32,000 nt of DNA from Methanococcus maripaludis (GTDB lineage Archaea > AGJL01 > Methanococci > Methanococcales > Methanococcaceae), in assembly GCF_002945325.1 (NCBI RefSeq), contig NZ_CP026606.1, positions 210,001 through 242,000 on the forward strand, read 5' to 3'. Below are positions 7,540 through 15,961 of this stretch, in pieces; position 1 is the stretch's first letter, and every line of letters begins with the position of its first letter. Both the position numbers and the translations under genes were made by a program. The notes under the pieces are model-generated. The model worked only from the letters and a program-made list of their open reading frames with translations, searched no databases and was not told the origin of the DNA.

Positions 7540-7821
7540 ATGCTTGGAAGTCAGAAAAATATGTCAAAAACTCAAATTATATTCATTGGATTTGGGAATA
7601 TTTGTCTAACTCTTGTATATTGGTATATATTGGTTTTTATCGTTGGGCAACTTGATGTTGCTTTCTATCCATTAGTTAATGGATATACAACTTACATGGA
7701 ATGGTATCCGTATATCGTTTTATTAGTAAACTATCACCCGATCTTAATAGTTCTCTACTGTGTTGCTTGGATGTACTTTAGGGGAAACGAGGTCGATGCT
7801 TCAAGAAATGTGATTTATTAG
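7540..7821 (+). CDS. small integral membrane protein (2-3 TM)
   Basis: ATG 7540 follows GGTGAGGTGG (the track start GTG 7534 lies inside the SD). Hydrophobic segments: IIFIGFGNICLTLVYWYILVFIVG and YIVLLVNYHPILIVLYCVAWMYF. Confidence 0.6.
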   Translation: MLGSQKNMSKTQIIFIGFGNICLTLVYWYILVFIVGQLDVAFYPLVNGYTTYMEWYPYIVLLVNYHPILIVLYCVAWMYFRGNEVDASRNVIY

Positions 7822-7830
7822 GTGATAGAA

Positions 7831-8205
7831 ATGGGTAAGGCATGGGATATTATTATTGTTGTATTTATTTTCAATTTGGCGGTAACAGGAATTTCGAGTG
7901 TTTGTGATTATTTTGAAATTCCTTTTTCAAATCAAAGTTTTGTTCCAACTGGAAGTTCTGATTTGGTAAATCAGTTTGACAACACCTCAGAATCCGCACC
8001 CAATCAAGTGACGGAGAGTTCACTTTTTGGTGATTGGGCGTGGGCGGTTTCAATTGTTGGAACGTTATTTGGATTTTTAACAGGAAATTATAATATATGG
8101 TTAAGTTTAGGGGTGGATCCATTATTCGCGCAATTTCTGAGGGTAGTTTGCATGATGGCTAATGGATTTGCATTATTAGAAATTATTTCAAAGGTGAAAG
8201 TGTAA
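7831..8205 (+). CDS. membrane protein (N-terminal anchor plus C-terminal hydrophobic segments)
   Basis: ATG 7831 follows GGTGAT (track start GTG 7822). It abuts the previous stop at 7821. Hydrophobic segments: WDIIIVVFIFNLAVTGI and WAWAVSIVGTLFGFL. Confidence 0.6.
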   Translation: MGKAWDIIIVVFIFNLAVTGISSVCDYFEIPFSNQSFVPTGSSDLVNQFDNTSESAPNQVTESSLFGDWAWAVSIVGTLFGFLTGNYNIWLSLGVDPLFAQFLRVVCMMANGFALLEIISKVKV

Positions 8206-8217
8206 TGGTGGTGATAG

Positions 8218-8577
8218 ATGGTTAATGAAACGTTAACAATTATTAATAATACAAGAATAGCGACTTTGGATCCGCGTTTTCTCTCGGATCCTAATATCGC
8301 ACATCTAATAACTTATTTAATGACACAATTCCCCGAAATCCCTTCAATTATCTTATTTGGTGCTGGGATTTCGTGTTATATTGCAACAGGCGAAGATGAA
8401 ATGAAGACATTAATATTAGAATTTCTAATGATGTTTGTTTTTATATCAATCTTGGAAATTCCGCTTGATGTGATGGCGAGTACTCCAACGGCTTTGACGT
8501 TATTTGGGTTGAATTCGATATTTATAATTTTCATATTTGCGAAATTCTTGTTCTGTTTCACTGATACAGAACAATAA
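8218..8577 (+). CDS. integral membrane protein (about 3 TM)
   Basis: ATG follows GGTGGTGATAG. Hydrophobic segments: IPSIILFGAGISCYIA, LILEFLMMFVFISILEI and LFGLNSIFIIFIFAKFLFCF. Confidence 0.6.
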   Translation: MVNETLTIINNTRIATLDPRFLSDPNIAHLITYLMTQFPEIPSIILFGAGISCYIATGEDEMKTLILEFLMMFVFISILEIPLDVMASTPTALTLFGLNSIFIIFIFAKFLFCFTDTEQ

Positions 8578-8625
8578 ATCTTTATTTTTAATTTTAAATG
8601 GTTTTAAAACAAATGGTGGTGATAA

Positions 8626-11600
8626 ATGGCAATTAGAAGTGGAGAAACACATTATGATAGTGATGGAAATGCTTATAGAGTTAGTGGAAGTACAGCGACA
8701 AAAATTGGTGATTCTTCCGGTGCAAAATATAAAACTTCATCAATTAACGTGAAGGCAGGAAGTAATGGAAGTTCTTCAAAATCAAATTCAAGTTCTTCAA
8801 ATTCTACATCGATAGAATCCATAAAAAAAGATTTGGCAAGTGGAAAGCGTTCAACTGGTGCAAATTCAAACGTTGCAACGGCAAACGGAAAAGTTTTTCA
8901 AAATTTAAAAAATAAATATGGTCTTGATAAAGCGAAAGAACTCTACAATTCATATAAGAGAAATATTCTAACGGCAAAACAAGAATTAGAGAACGAGCAA
9001 AACGCAAAAATCCAAAAGGTAATTGAAAAAAGATATTCAAAAATTGGAACAAGCGGAAAAAATTACAAATCATCAATAAACGAAGTAATTCTTGATAAAG
9101 AAGGAAATATTGTCGCACTTAGAAACAAGAAATCCGGTCAAATTGTGGCAGGATCCGGTGTCGCTTACGGTGGACAAGCAGAAAAGAATTATAAAAAATG
9201 GGGATTATCAAAGCAATTAGATAATGCCATTGATAATGTCAACAATAAAAGAGAAAATCAATATAATCAAGATTTGAAGTTTACAAATTCGATAACAATT
9301 ACCCCATCAATGCACCAAATAGAAAAGGACGGAAAACTCTACATCTATGATCATAATGAAGATGGAACGTTTTCAACTTATATTATCAATAAAAATCAAT
9401 CAAGATACAATAATGGAACCATAGAGTTTACAGATAACGCTATTCTCGAAAACGCAGGAGAATATCAAAAAGATTACACGAAATTAAATGATATTCTTAA
9501 TGAGAGGTACACATCGGGAAACGAGTACACCGGAAGGATTTCCTTATTTGATATCGCAAAAGAACAGGGTGTATCACTTCAAATTGACCAACAAGGGGAT
9601 AAAACAGTTTTGTATGATTCCACAGGAACGATTTATGGAATTTACAATTCTGATGATATAGAAATTAAAGGATTGAATATTTACACCAAAAACGATGATT
9701 ATATTTATTCTTCTTCTAAATTAGAAACCGAAGGATTTGTAAATCCAGTAACTAAGGAAGAAATGAAATATTATGTAAATAATAAAGGAGAAAAACTAAT
9801 AATTAATAAAAAAGATGAAAATACTTACAAATATCAAGACGATATGGAACCAGTTGAGAAATTAAAACAATTAGAAATGGATATAATCTCAAACCCCAAA
9901 GAAACCATCAAAAGAGGAGTTTCATATTTGGGGGATAAATTCAATATAAATTCAAAATACACCGATGTTGCAAATAAGGGAGTCAATTATCTTAATGTTT
10001 TTGGAACGGAAGATGTTGGACAGATTGAAGGAAAAATAAGAAATATTGATACAAAAGATACGGTAACCACGAGAGGATTAAATACAGTTGGTGGAATAGC
10101 CGTTGGTCTAACTGATTTAACTGTTGGTACTGGTTACGCGATCTATAAGGATTCAAAAAATAATAGAAAAAATAATGTGGTTTTAACCCAAAAAGATCGA
10201 TATTTGGGAAATGCAGGAAGTTCTATTCTCTCAACACATGGAAAAACTATGGCGGTTGGGATGGTTCAGCCAGTGAAAAATCTAATTGTCGATAGGGATT
10301 TTTCTATTGAAAATACTCTTGGAACCGCTTTACTTGTTGCACCCGTTCTCAAAGGTGCTGGAAAGGTGGGAAAATCCGCAATTGCAAAATCCCCAAAACC
10401 AGTATTTGAAATTGCAATTGGAAAAAACATTGCAGGAAAGACAAATTATTTCGGTGTCAAAACCGGAGTTAAAACAAGTTCAAAAATTAAAATAAATACG
10501 TTAGAAGTAGGAACAAAATCAAAAACAGGATTTAACCAGTTGGCAAAAGAAAATATCAAAGTTGATAAAAATTCAATAAGTTTTGACGATGGAATTAAAT
10601 CCGATTTGGTTATAAAATCCACAAAAGAGAGAACGGTTAAAACTAATGATAAAATAACCAATGTGAAAAATGTAGTGGATACCGAAGGAAACAAATTATC
10701 CAAAAAAGTAGATATTTCAAAAACCAATGAAGGTTATAAAATCGTTGGAAATGTAGCAAAAAATGATAAATTCATCAATTATAATGTAGAAACAGGAAAG
10801 AACTTTATAAATCGAGATTTTTATAATTCTAACAAATATGGAACGAGATATAATTTCAATAATGTTAAAATATTGAAAGATAAATCAAAACTTTATGAAA
10901 AATCCGATTTGAATTCAAATAAGCATATAGATTTGAAAAAAATTAAAAATAAAGAATATATGAAAGAGAATTATCAAGAAGTTAAATTTGAAGAAAATAA
11001 AAACATCAAAGGAGATTTCTCCCATAATAAAAACTCAAATTTGTATTTAGAGAATTTGAGTGGGAAGAAAATCGTTGTTAGGGGGAATAAGGGATTTATC
11101 AAAAACGGAAAATCAAAATCTATAAATAATATAATCCAAATGGGTGAGAAATATCACCTCAATGAAATAACGGGAACAAAATATGGTGCATTTAAGAAAT
11201 TAACAAGAAATAATAAAGTTTATCAACAAAAAAAGACCGTTAAAAGTGACAATCATTTAAATATAAATGATATTAGAAATAATAAAATAAAACCAGTTGG
11301 AGAAATTGAAATCACCGAGTTTGGAACCAATGAAGGATTGAAAGGAAACAATATAATAAATCTTGGTGAAAATACCGGATACGTTTCTGAAATTCAAATA
11401 AATGGTGTTGGATTGTCAAAACACAATTTCAATACTCCAATGAAGAAAAACGGTTTTATTAAAAGAGATGGATTCAAGAAAACAAATCAGAAAATCTATG
11501 AATGGAAAGAAAACGGTCAAGGAACGAAGATAATAAATGAAGAAATAATTCAAAATAGAAATTTTGCATTGAAATCACAGAAAAGAAATTCAAATACAAT

Positions 11601-12324
11601 TAAATTCAATATTAAAAATCAAATTATCGAAAAAGAAGTTTCAAAAAGTCCAAAAGCACCAAAAACAAGTTTAAATAAAACATTTAAAGAAACTAAACCG
11701 ATTTCAAAATCAAAACAAACAATACAAGTTTCAAAAACAAATAAAAATAAAATAAATACAAAAATTACAACTAAAACAAAAACAAGAACTCCAACGCTTA
11801 TTAAAAGTAAAAAGAACATCAAATCAATTAATAATAATTTAAAAATCAAAAATCCGATGAAAAAATTAAATCCAAAAGGAAAAAAAATTAAAAATCCAAA
11901 TAACTTGAAATACCCAATCGGTATGGGAACAATGGGAATTGGTGTCAACTTAGGGTTGAATTCAAAAAATAGACAAAAGAATTTGGCAAAACCATTCTTA
12001 AATACAAAAGCAAATAATTTAAGAAAACAAAAGGTTTCAGATATTCAAAGAATGAAAGTGGGAACAACTTCCCCACAAATCCAAAGATTGAAAACTGATA
12101 CCATTCAGATTTCAGATATTGGAAGTTTGGGTGGTGTATTGATTGATAGAATCGATCCGGTCGATGTTCCAATTATTAAATCAATTTCAAGAAGTGACAC
12201 AAATCCAATTTCCACAAAAGGAAATTCAAAAAGAAAAAATAATAAAATTAGAAAAACTCAAAAAGAAATTAAAAATATTAAAAAATGGAATATCGGTGGA
12301 TTTGGATCCGCGTTTTTGAAATAA
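8626..12324 (+). CDS. 1232-aa structural/adhesion or DNA-transfer protein (function unknown) with a central Gly/hydrophobic region and a very Lys-rich C-terminal third
   Basis: ATG follows GGTGGTGATAA. No obvious signal peptide. The hydrophobic/Gly-rich stretch TRGLNTVGGIAVGLTDLTVGTGYAIY ... GTALLVAPVLKGAGKVGKS is encoded at about 10072-10396. The K/N/T-rich low-complexity region is encoded at about 11630-11915. Confidence 0.7.
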   Translation: MAIRSGETHYDSDGNAYRVSGSTATKIGDSSGAKYKTSSINVKAGSNGSSSKSNSSSSNSTSIESIKKDLASGKRSTGANSNVATANGKVFQNLKNKYGLDKAKELYNSYKRNILTAKQELENEQNAKIQKVIEKRYSKIGTSGKNYKSSINEVILDKEGNIVALRNKKSGQIVAGSGVAYGGQAEKNYKKWGLSKQLDNAIDNVNNKRENQYNQDLKFTNSITITPSMHQIEKDGKLYIYDHNEDGTFSTYIINKNQSRYNNGTIEFTDNAILENAGEYQKDYTKLNDILNERYTSGNEYTGRISLFDIAKEQGVSLQIDQQGDKTVLYDSTGTIYGIYNSDDIEIKGLNIYTKNDDYIYSSSKLETEGFVNPVTKEEMKYYVNNKGEKLIINKKDENTYKYQDDMEPVEKLKQLEMDIISNPKETIKRGVSYLGDKFNINSKYTDVANKGVNYLNVFGTEDVGQIEGKIRNIDTKDTVTTRGLNTVGGIAVGLTDLTVGTGYAIYKDSKNNRKNNVVLTQKDRYLGNAGSSILSTHGKTMAVGMVQPVKNLIVDRDFSIENTLGTALLVAPVLKGAGKVGKSAIAKSPKPVFEIAIGKNIAGKTNYFGVKTGVKTSSKIKINTLEVGTKSKTGFNQLAKENIKVDKNSISFDDGIKSDLVIKSTKERTVKTNDKITNVKNVVDTEGNKLSKKVDISKTNEGYKIVGNVAKNDKFINYNVETGKNFINRDFYNSNKYGTRYNFNNVKILKDKSKLYEKSDLNSNKHIDLKKIKNKEYMKENYQEVKFEENKNIKGDFSHNKNSNLYLENLSGKKIVVRGNKGFIKNGKSKSINNIIQMGEKYHLNEITGTKYGAFKKLTRNNKVYQQKKTVKSDNHLNINDIRNNKIKPVGEIEITEFGTNEGLKGNNIINLGENTGYVSEIQINGVGLSKHNFNTPMKKNGFIKRDGFKKTNQKIYEWKENGQGTKIINEEIIQNRNFALKSQKRNSNTIKFNIKNQIIEKEVSKSPKAPKTSLNKTFKETKPISKSKQTIQVSKTNKNKINTKITTKTKTRTPTLIKSKKNIKSINNNLKIKNPMKKLNPKGKKIKNPNNLKYPIGMGTMGIGVNLGLNSKNRQKNLAKPFLNTKANNLRKQKVSDIQRMKVGTTSPQIQRLKTDTIQISDIGSLGGVLIDRIDPVDVPIIKSISRSDTNPISTKGNSKRKNNKIRKTQKEIKNIKKWNIGGFGSAFLK

Positions 12325-12332
12325 TTATTATC

Positions 12333-12349
12333 TTTTTTTACATTTTTTT
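12333..12349 (+). terminator. two T7 runs after the 1232-aa gene (archaeal oligo-T terminator candidate)
   Basis: tctttttttacattttttta lies immediately after the stop at 12324. Confidence 0.4.
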
Positions 12350-12632
12350 AATAAAATTTACAAATATTGTTTTTAACGTTTTCTTTTAATAATTTAAATG
12401 TTTTAAATGAATTCTTTTAATTATTTTATATTTTCATCATGTTTGTGGTGTGAATCGGTAGGCGTTCACATTCATATTTGTGATAGAAATTACTTTTTTT
12501 TAGAAAATTTTTTATATTGGTGTGAGTTGTATATATCATAATATATATACTTATCGAAAGATTTATATAGTATTAGTTTCAAAGACTTATAATGTAAGGA
12601 TGTGTGTATATTGACATACAGGTGATGTAAGT

Positions 12633-12836
12633 TTGGAAAGAATAGGAAATGATGGAAACTTAATTGAAGAGTTCTACTACACGATCCCACAAATCGCGAA
12701 ATTCTATAATGTTTCAAATTCTACTATTAGGAGTCTAATTAAGGAGAAAAAATTGAAAGGTCAAAAGATAGGGAAAAATTATAGAATTCTTGGAAAAAAT
12801 TTTAACGAATATTTATTTAATCAAAATAAATTTTAA
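12633..12836 (+). CDS. excisionase/MerR-like HTH protein (paralogue 2)
   Basis: TTG start lies 6 nt after AGGTGAT. YYTIPQIAKFYNVSNSTIRSLIKEKKLKGQKIGKNYRILGKNFNEYL has the same pattern as the 2823-3035 product. Confidence 0.55.
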   Translation: MERIGNDGNLIEEFYYTIPQIAKFYNVSNSTIRSLIKEKKLKGQKIGKNYRILGKNFNEYLFNQNKF

Positions 12837-12872
12837 AATGGAAGAACAATTGGATTTTTCCGGTGGTGATAA

Positions 12873-13181
12873 GTGTTTATCAATTATGAATTGTACAATG
12901 TACGTCAGATAGCAGATAGATTTAATTTAACTCCACAGGCAATTTATTATTGGATTAGATGTGGAAAATTACACTATTCAAAAAAGAATAATCGATATTC
13001 CGTGTTGGGTTATTCGATAAATCAGATAATACGAGAAAAAAATTGGAAAAAAAGAAATCAAGAATTTAAGAAAAATAAAAAATTTAAAATAAAAAATAAT
13101 TTTCAAAAAAATAATTTAAAAATCGAAAGAACTTCTTATCATTTAAAAACGTTGCAAAGGGCAACAGGTGGTGAGAATTAG
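12873..13181 (+). CDS. excisionase/MerR-like HTH protein with basic C-terminal tail (paralogue 3)
   Basis: GTG start follows GGTGGTGATAA. HTH-like segment: LYNVRQIADRFNLTPQAIYYWIRCGKLHYSKKNNRYSVLGYSINQII, followed by a K/N-rich tail. Confidence 0.55.
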   Translation: MFINYELYNVRQIADRFNLTPQAIYYWIRCGKLHYSKKNNRYSVLGYSINQIIREKNWKKRNQEFKKNKKFKIKNNFQKNNLKIERTSYHLKTLQRATGGEN

Positions 13182-13587
13182 ATACGTTGGTCAAAAAACG
13201 GTAGAGAAAAAGTCTATTGATGAAAAAATTTTAACATTAAAAAATAAAAAAGTATCATACAATATAATTTATAATAAAAATAAAGAAAGAATTAACTTTA
13301 ATTTCAAAAAAATGGAAGAATTATTGGAAGAATTGCAAAAAAAACTAAATGTAACGGAATTGAGTTCAAACGATTTAAAAATTACAAAAAAAGAATTATT
13401 AAAAGTATATTCGAATTATTTGACCTTAACGGAGAAAGAAAAAAGAATTTTTGAATTAAAAACGGAAATTCAAAAGAGAAAAAAACATCATACAATTCTC
13501 GAAATCCAACAGAAAGAAATTCCGTTGAAGATTGAAGATATTCAAAAAGAAATAATGATTCTTGAAATACAGAAAAATAGACAATGA
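13168..13587 (+). CDS. hypothetical Lys/Glu-rich coiled-coil protein
   Basis: 139-aa ORF overlapping the previous gene by 14 nt. The start is uncertain (GTG inside a GGTGGTGAG motif). Heptad-like charged sequence. Confidence 0.4.
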   Translation: MVRIRYVGQKTVEKKSIDEKILTLKNKKVSYNIIYNKNKERINFNFKKMEELLEELQKKLNVTELSSNDLKITKKELLKVYSNYLTLTEKEKRIFELKTEIQKRKKHHTILEIQQKEIPLKIEDIQKEIMILEIQKNRQ

Positions 13588-13622
13588 GGTGATGAATTAG
13601 TTTTAAAAAATGGTGATAATAA

Positions 13623-14075
13623 ATGGTAGAAATTAACGCAGATGATAGTATATGTAATGTTTGTTTGGGTTTTGGTTTGAAAATCAATCCAGAAATTGAG
13701 TATTTGAAAAATAAACCGATAGGAACGCTTTTTGGAGAATATGAAAAGTTAAAAGAAGAATTATTCTTAGAAGAAGAACTGTATTTGGAAGATCAGATAA
13801 TCCGCGATATTAATAAAGTTTTTATCGATTGGGAAAAAGAAAAAATCGATTTAATAAAAGAAATCGATTATCCGGTCAATTTCGGATCTGAAATCCTTAA
13901 AAAATACAAAAAAGAAGGAATCGAAGTTACTGAAAAATCAATTAAAAAATATAAAGAAGAAATTGAAAATCGAGAAGAACAAATGAAGGAAAGAAGATTG
14001 AAGATGAATTCAATTATGGAAAAAATAAAATTCATAAAAATTCTGATGGATTCGATAGTAGAAATAATTTATTAA
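13623..14075 (+). CDS. hypothetical Glu/Lys-rich protein with a single N-terminal CxxC
   Basis: ATG follows GGTGATAATAA. 150 aa. No recognisable catalytic motif. Confidence 0.45.
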   Translation: MVEINADDSICNVCLGFGLKINPEIEYLKNKPIGTLFGEYEKLKEELFLEEELYLEDQIIRDINKVFIDWEKEKIDLIKEIDYPVNFGSEILKKYKKEGIEVTEKSIKKYKEEIENREEQMKERRLKMNSIMEKIKFIKILMDSIVEIIY

Positions 14076-14105
14076 TAATTTATTTTATTTTTTAGGTGGT
14101 TAAAA

Positions 14106-14189
14106 ATGGTTAAAAATGGAAATACAGATGATTTATTCTTATTAAATAATTATAATTACAAATATCAAATTATATATAAAAATAAGTGA
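14106..14189 (+). CDS. possible 27-aa micro-ORF
   Basis: Not in the track. AGGTGG lies 6 nt before ATG 14106. Product: MVKNGNTDDLFLLNNYNYKYQIIYKNK. Supported only by the SD. Confidence 0.2.
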   Translation: MVKNGNTDDLFLLNNYNYKYQIIYKNK

Positions 14190-14355
14190 TTAACGGAATG
14201 AATAGTGAGGACATAGGGACATAAGTCCTTAAATGATGGAAATATTGAATATTCCGCGAGTACTATTATATAGAGTCTATAATCATTGATGGAAAAAGTG
14301 GAAATAATGGAAAAATTTGATAAAATGTGGATTTAATTCTTCACAGGTGGTGATA

Positions 14356-15390
14356 TTGCTAAGAAAAAATGAATATGATTACTGGGGCTTGGGTGCTATT
14401 GTAAAGTCCCTCGCATTTTCTAAATTAAGAAATAATTTCGATTTCCACATTGCCGTTACCGGAATCGAAGGATCTGGAAAGTCCGCACTTGCAATCGCTC
14501 TTGCTCGATTTATGGATCGGAGTTTCAATCAAAACATGAATGAAAGAATGTATTTTTCAAATGAAGCACTTCCAGATTACTTGGATTTATTAAATGAGAA
14601 CGTTGAGAAAATTGAAAACGGTTTTGAGGGTGGAACGACCGTTATTTTTGACGAAACTCAAAATATTTTCAACAGGAGAAATGCACCTACTAAGGAAAAT
14701 AAAGCATTGCTCGAAGTAATCAGAACTCAAAGAATGGCAAAAATGTGTTGCATATATGCTACACCTAACGTTTTAGAATTAGAGAATTTTTTATCCAATA
14801 GAATGGATGTAATCCTTTTTTGTTCTTCCGATAAGAAAAAGGTCTATGGAGTCACGGATACAATCACTTATGATGGAAAAGTCTACAATGGATCAAAAAA
14901 TCTTCTTTTCCAAGAGATGAAAAATCTCGATCCTCGAACATTAAAGATGTCACCGGAGAACATCATGGCTCTGTGTATGGACGGAAAATTCAGATTTGAT
15001 TTCGGGGGAAAAACGGTCTATGATGATTATATATATAATAAATACTCGTTTATTAAAGCAAAGAAAACATCAGAATTCTTCAATAATACAAAGGAAAAAA
15101 TCAATAAAAATAAACCTATAAGGGAAGAAGAAAAGGAAAGTAAATATCAAATGCTTAATTTATCAATCAAGAAATTGACTGAACTGGAAAATGATTATAT
15201 TCCCCAACATTTAGAAAAAATTGAAGATGAAATGTTTGAAGACGATTTCATCAGTCAAAAAGCAATTGCCAATTGGTTAGACGTTGGAGATGGGGCAGTT
15301 TCAAAGAAGATTGATAGAAAGAAAATTGAAAAAGTTGCTTATCAAGGAAAAAAATATATTAAGGTCAAATATTTGAGGGATTTAATTTAA
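14356..15390 (+). CDS. P-loop NTPase (Zot/pI-like or packaging-type ATPase candidate) with C-terminal Xis-like HTH
   Basis: The track starts at TTG 14317. The in-frame TTG 14356 directly follows GGTGGTGATA. Walker A: AVTGIEGSGKSALA. Walker B: TTVIFDETQ, followed by IRTQRMAKMCCIYATPN. The C-terminus ISQKAIANWLDVGDGAVSKKIDRKKIEKVAYQGKKYIKV resembles the three HTH paralogues. Confidence 0.7.
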   Translation: MLRKNEYDYWGLGAIVKSLAFSKLRNNFDFHIAVTGIEGSGKSALAIALARFMDRSFNQNMNERMYFSNEALPDYLDLLNENVEKIENGFEGGTTVIFDETQNIFNRRNAPTKENKALLEVIRTQRMAKMCCIYATPNVLELENFLSNRMDVILFCSSDKKKVYGVTDTITYDGKVYNGSKNLLFQEMKNLDPRTLKMSPENIMALCMDGKFRFDFGGKTVYDDYIYNKYSFIKAKKTSEFFNNTKEKINKNKPIREEEKESKYQMLNLSIKKLTELENDYIPQHLEKIEDEMFEDDFISQKAIANWLDVGDGAVSKKIDRKKIEKVAYQGKKYIKVKYLRDLI

Positions 15391-15431
15391 ATCCTTAATT
15401 TTTTAGTTTTATTGAAAAATGGTGGTGATAG

Positions 15432-15842
15432 TTGGAGAATTATATTAAAGTTTTTGAAAATGAGAAAATTTATTCATCTAAAGAAATAAAAAATAAAGTT
15501 TTTTTTCAAGGAAAAATTTTTATTTACGGCAAAAAGGGACAGATTTCAATTGAGAAAAAACACATTTTTAAAATTAATTTTTTAAATTTCTATTGGGGGG
15601 AACATTTAAATTTTTTATTTAACGCATATTTAACTAATATATACCGGAAAAGGAAAAATAAGGAAAAATTATTAAAGGATTTTAATATAAAAAATTATAA
15701 TATCTCTAAAAAAAATTTAAATGATGAAGATTTTGAAGAATTTAAAAAAATGTATTCTGAAAATTTAAAATATATGGAAGAAAATGGAAATTTGGAAAAA
15801 ATAAAATTAGTGGGAAAAGAAGAAAAATTGAACGGAGTTTGA
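15432..15842 (+). CDS. hypothetical Lys-rich protein
   Basis: TTG start follows GGTGGTGATAG. 136 aa. No recognisable motif. Confidence 0.4.
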   Translation: MENYIKVFENEKIYSSKEIKNKVFFQGKIFIYGKKGQISIEKKHIFKINFLNFYWGEHLNFLFNAYLTNIYRKRKNKEKLLKDFNIKNYNISKKNLNDEDFEEFKKMYSENLKYMEENGNLEKIKLVGKEEKLNGV

Positions 15843-15853
15843 GAAATAATTAA

Positions 15854-15881
15854 TTTTTTTCAAAATAACTTTTTTTAAAAT
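15854..15881 (+). repeat. left copy of the 28-bp direct repeat bracketing the three-gene cassette
   Basis: tttttttcaaaataactttttttaaaat matches 18257-18284 (tttttttcgaaataactttttttaaaat) at 27/28 positions. Confidence 0.8.
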
Positions 15882-15961
15882 GGTAAACAGGGGGGATATT
15901 ACCCAAAATTATATATGTTTTAAAAATATACAATAGTCAAATTGAGGGATATTTTTTTAGG

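Noticed and set aside
8537-8752. A 71-aa ORF overlapping the end of gene 8218-8577 and the start of the 1232-aa gene.
   Set aside because: It lies in an alternative frame across a well-supported SD and ATG at 8626, and it has no start signal of its own.
8804-12172. Several antisense or alternative-frame ORFs inside the 1232-aa gene (8804..9118-, 10286..10495+, 10446..10727-, 11619..11948-, 11945..12172-).
   Set aside because: They are shadow ORFs of a long AT-rich gene. The F/L/I-rich products come from reading a Lys/Asn-rich gene on the opposite strand.
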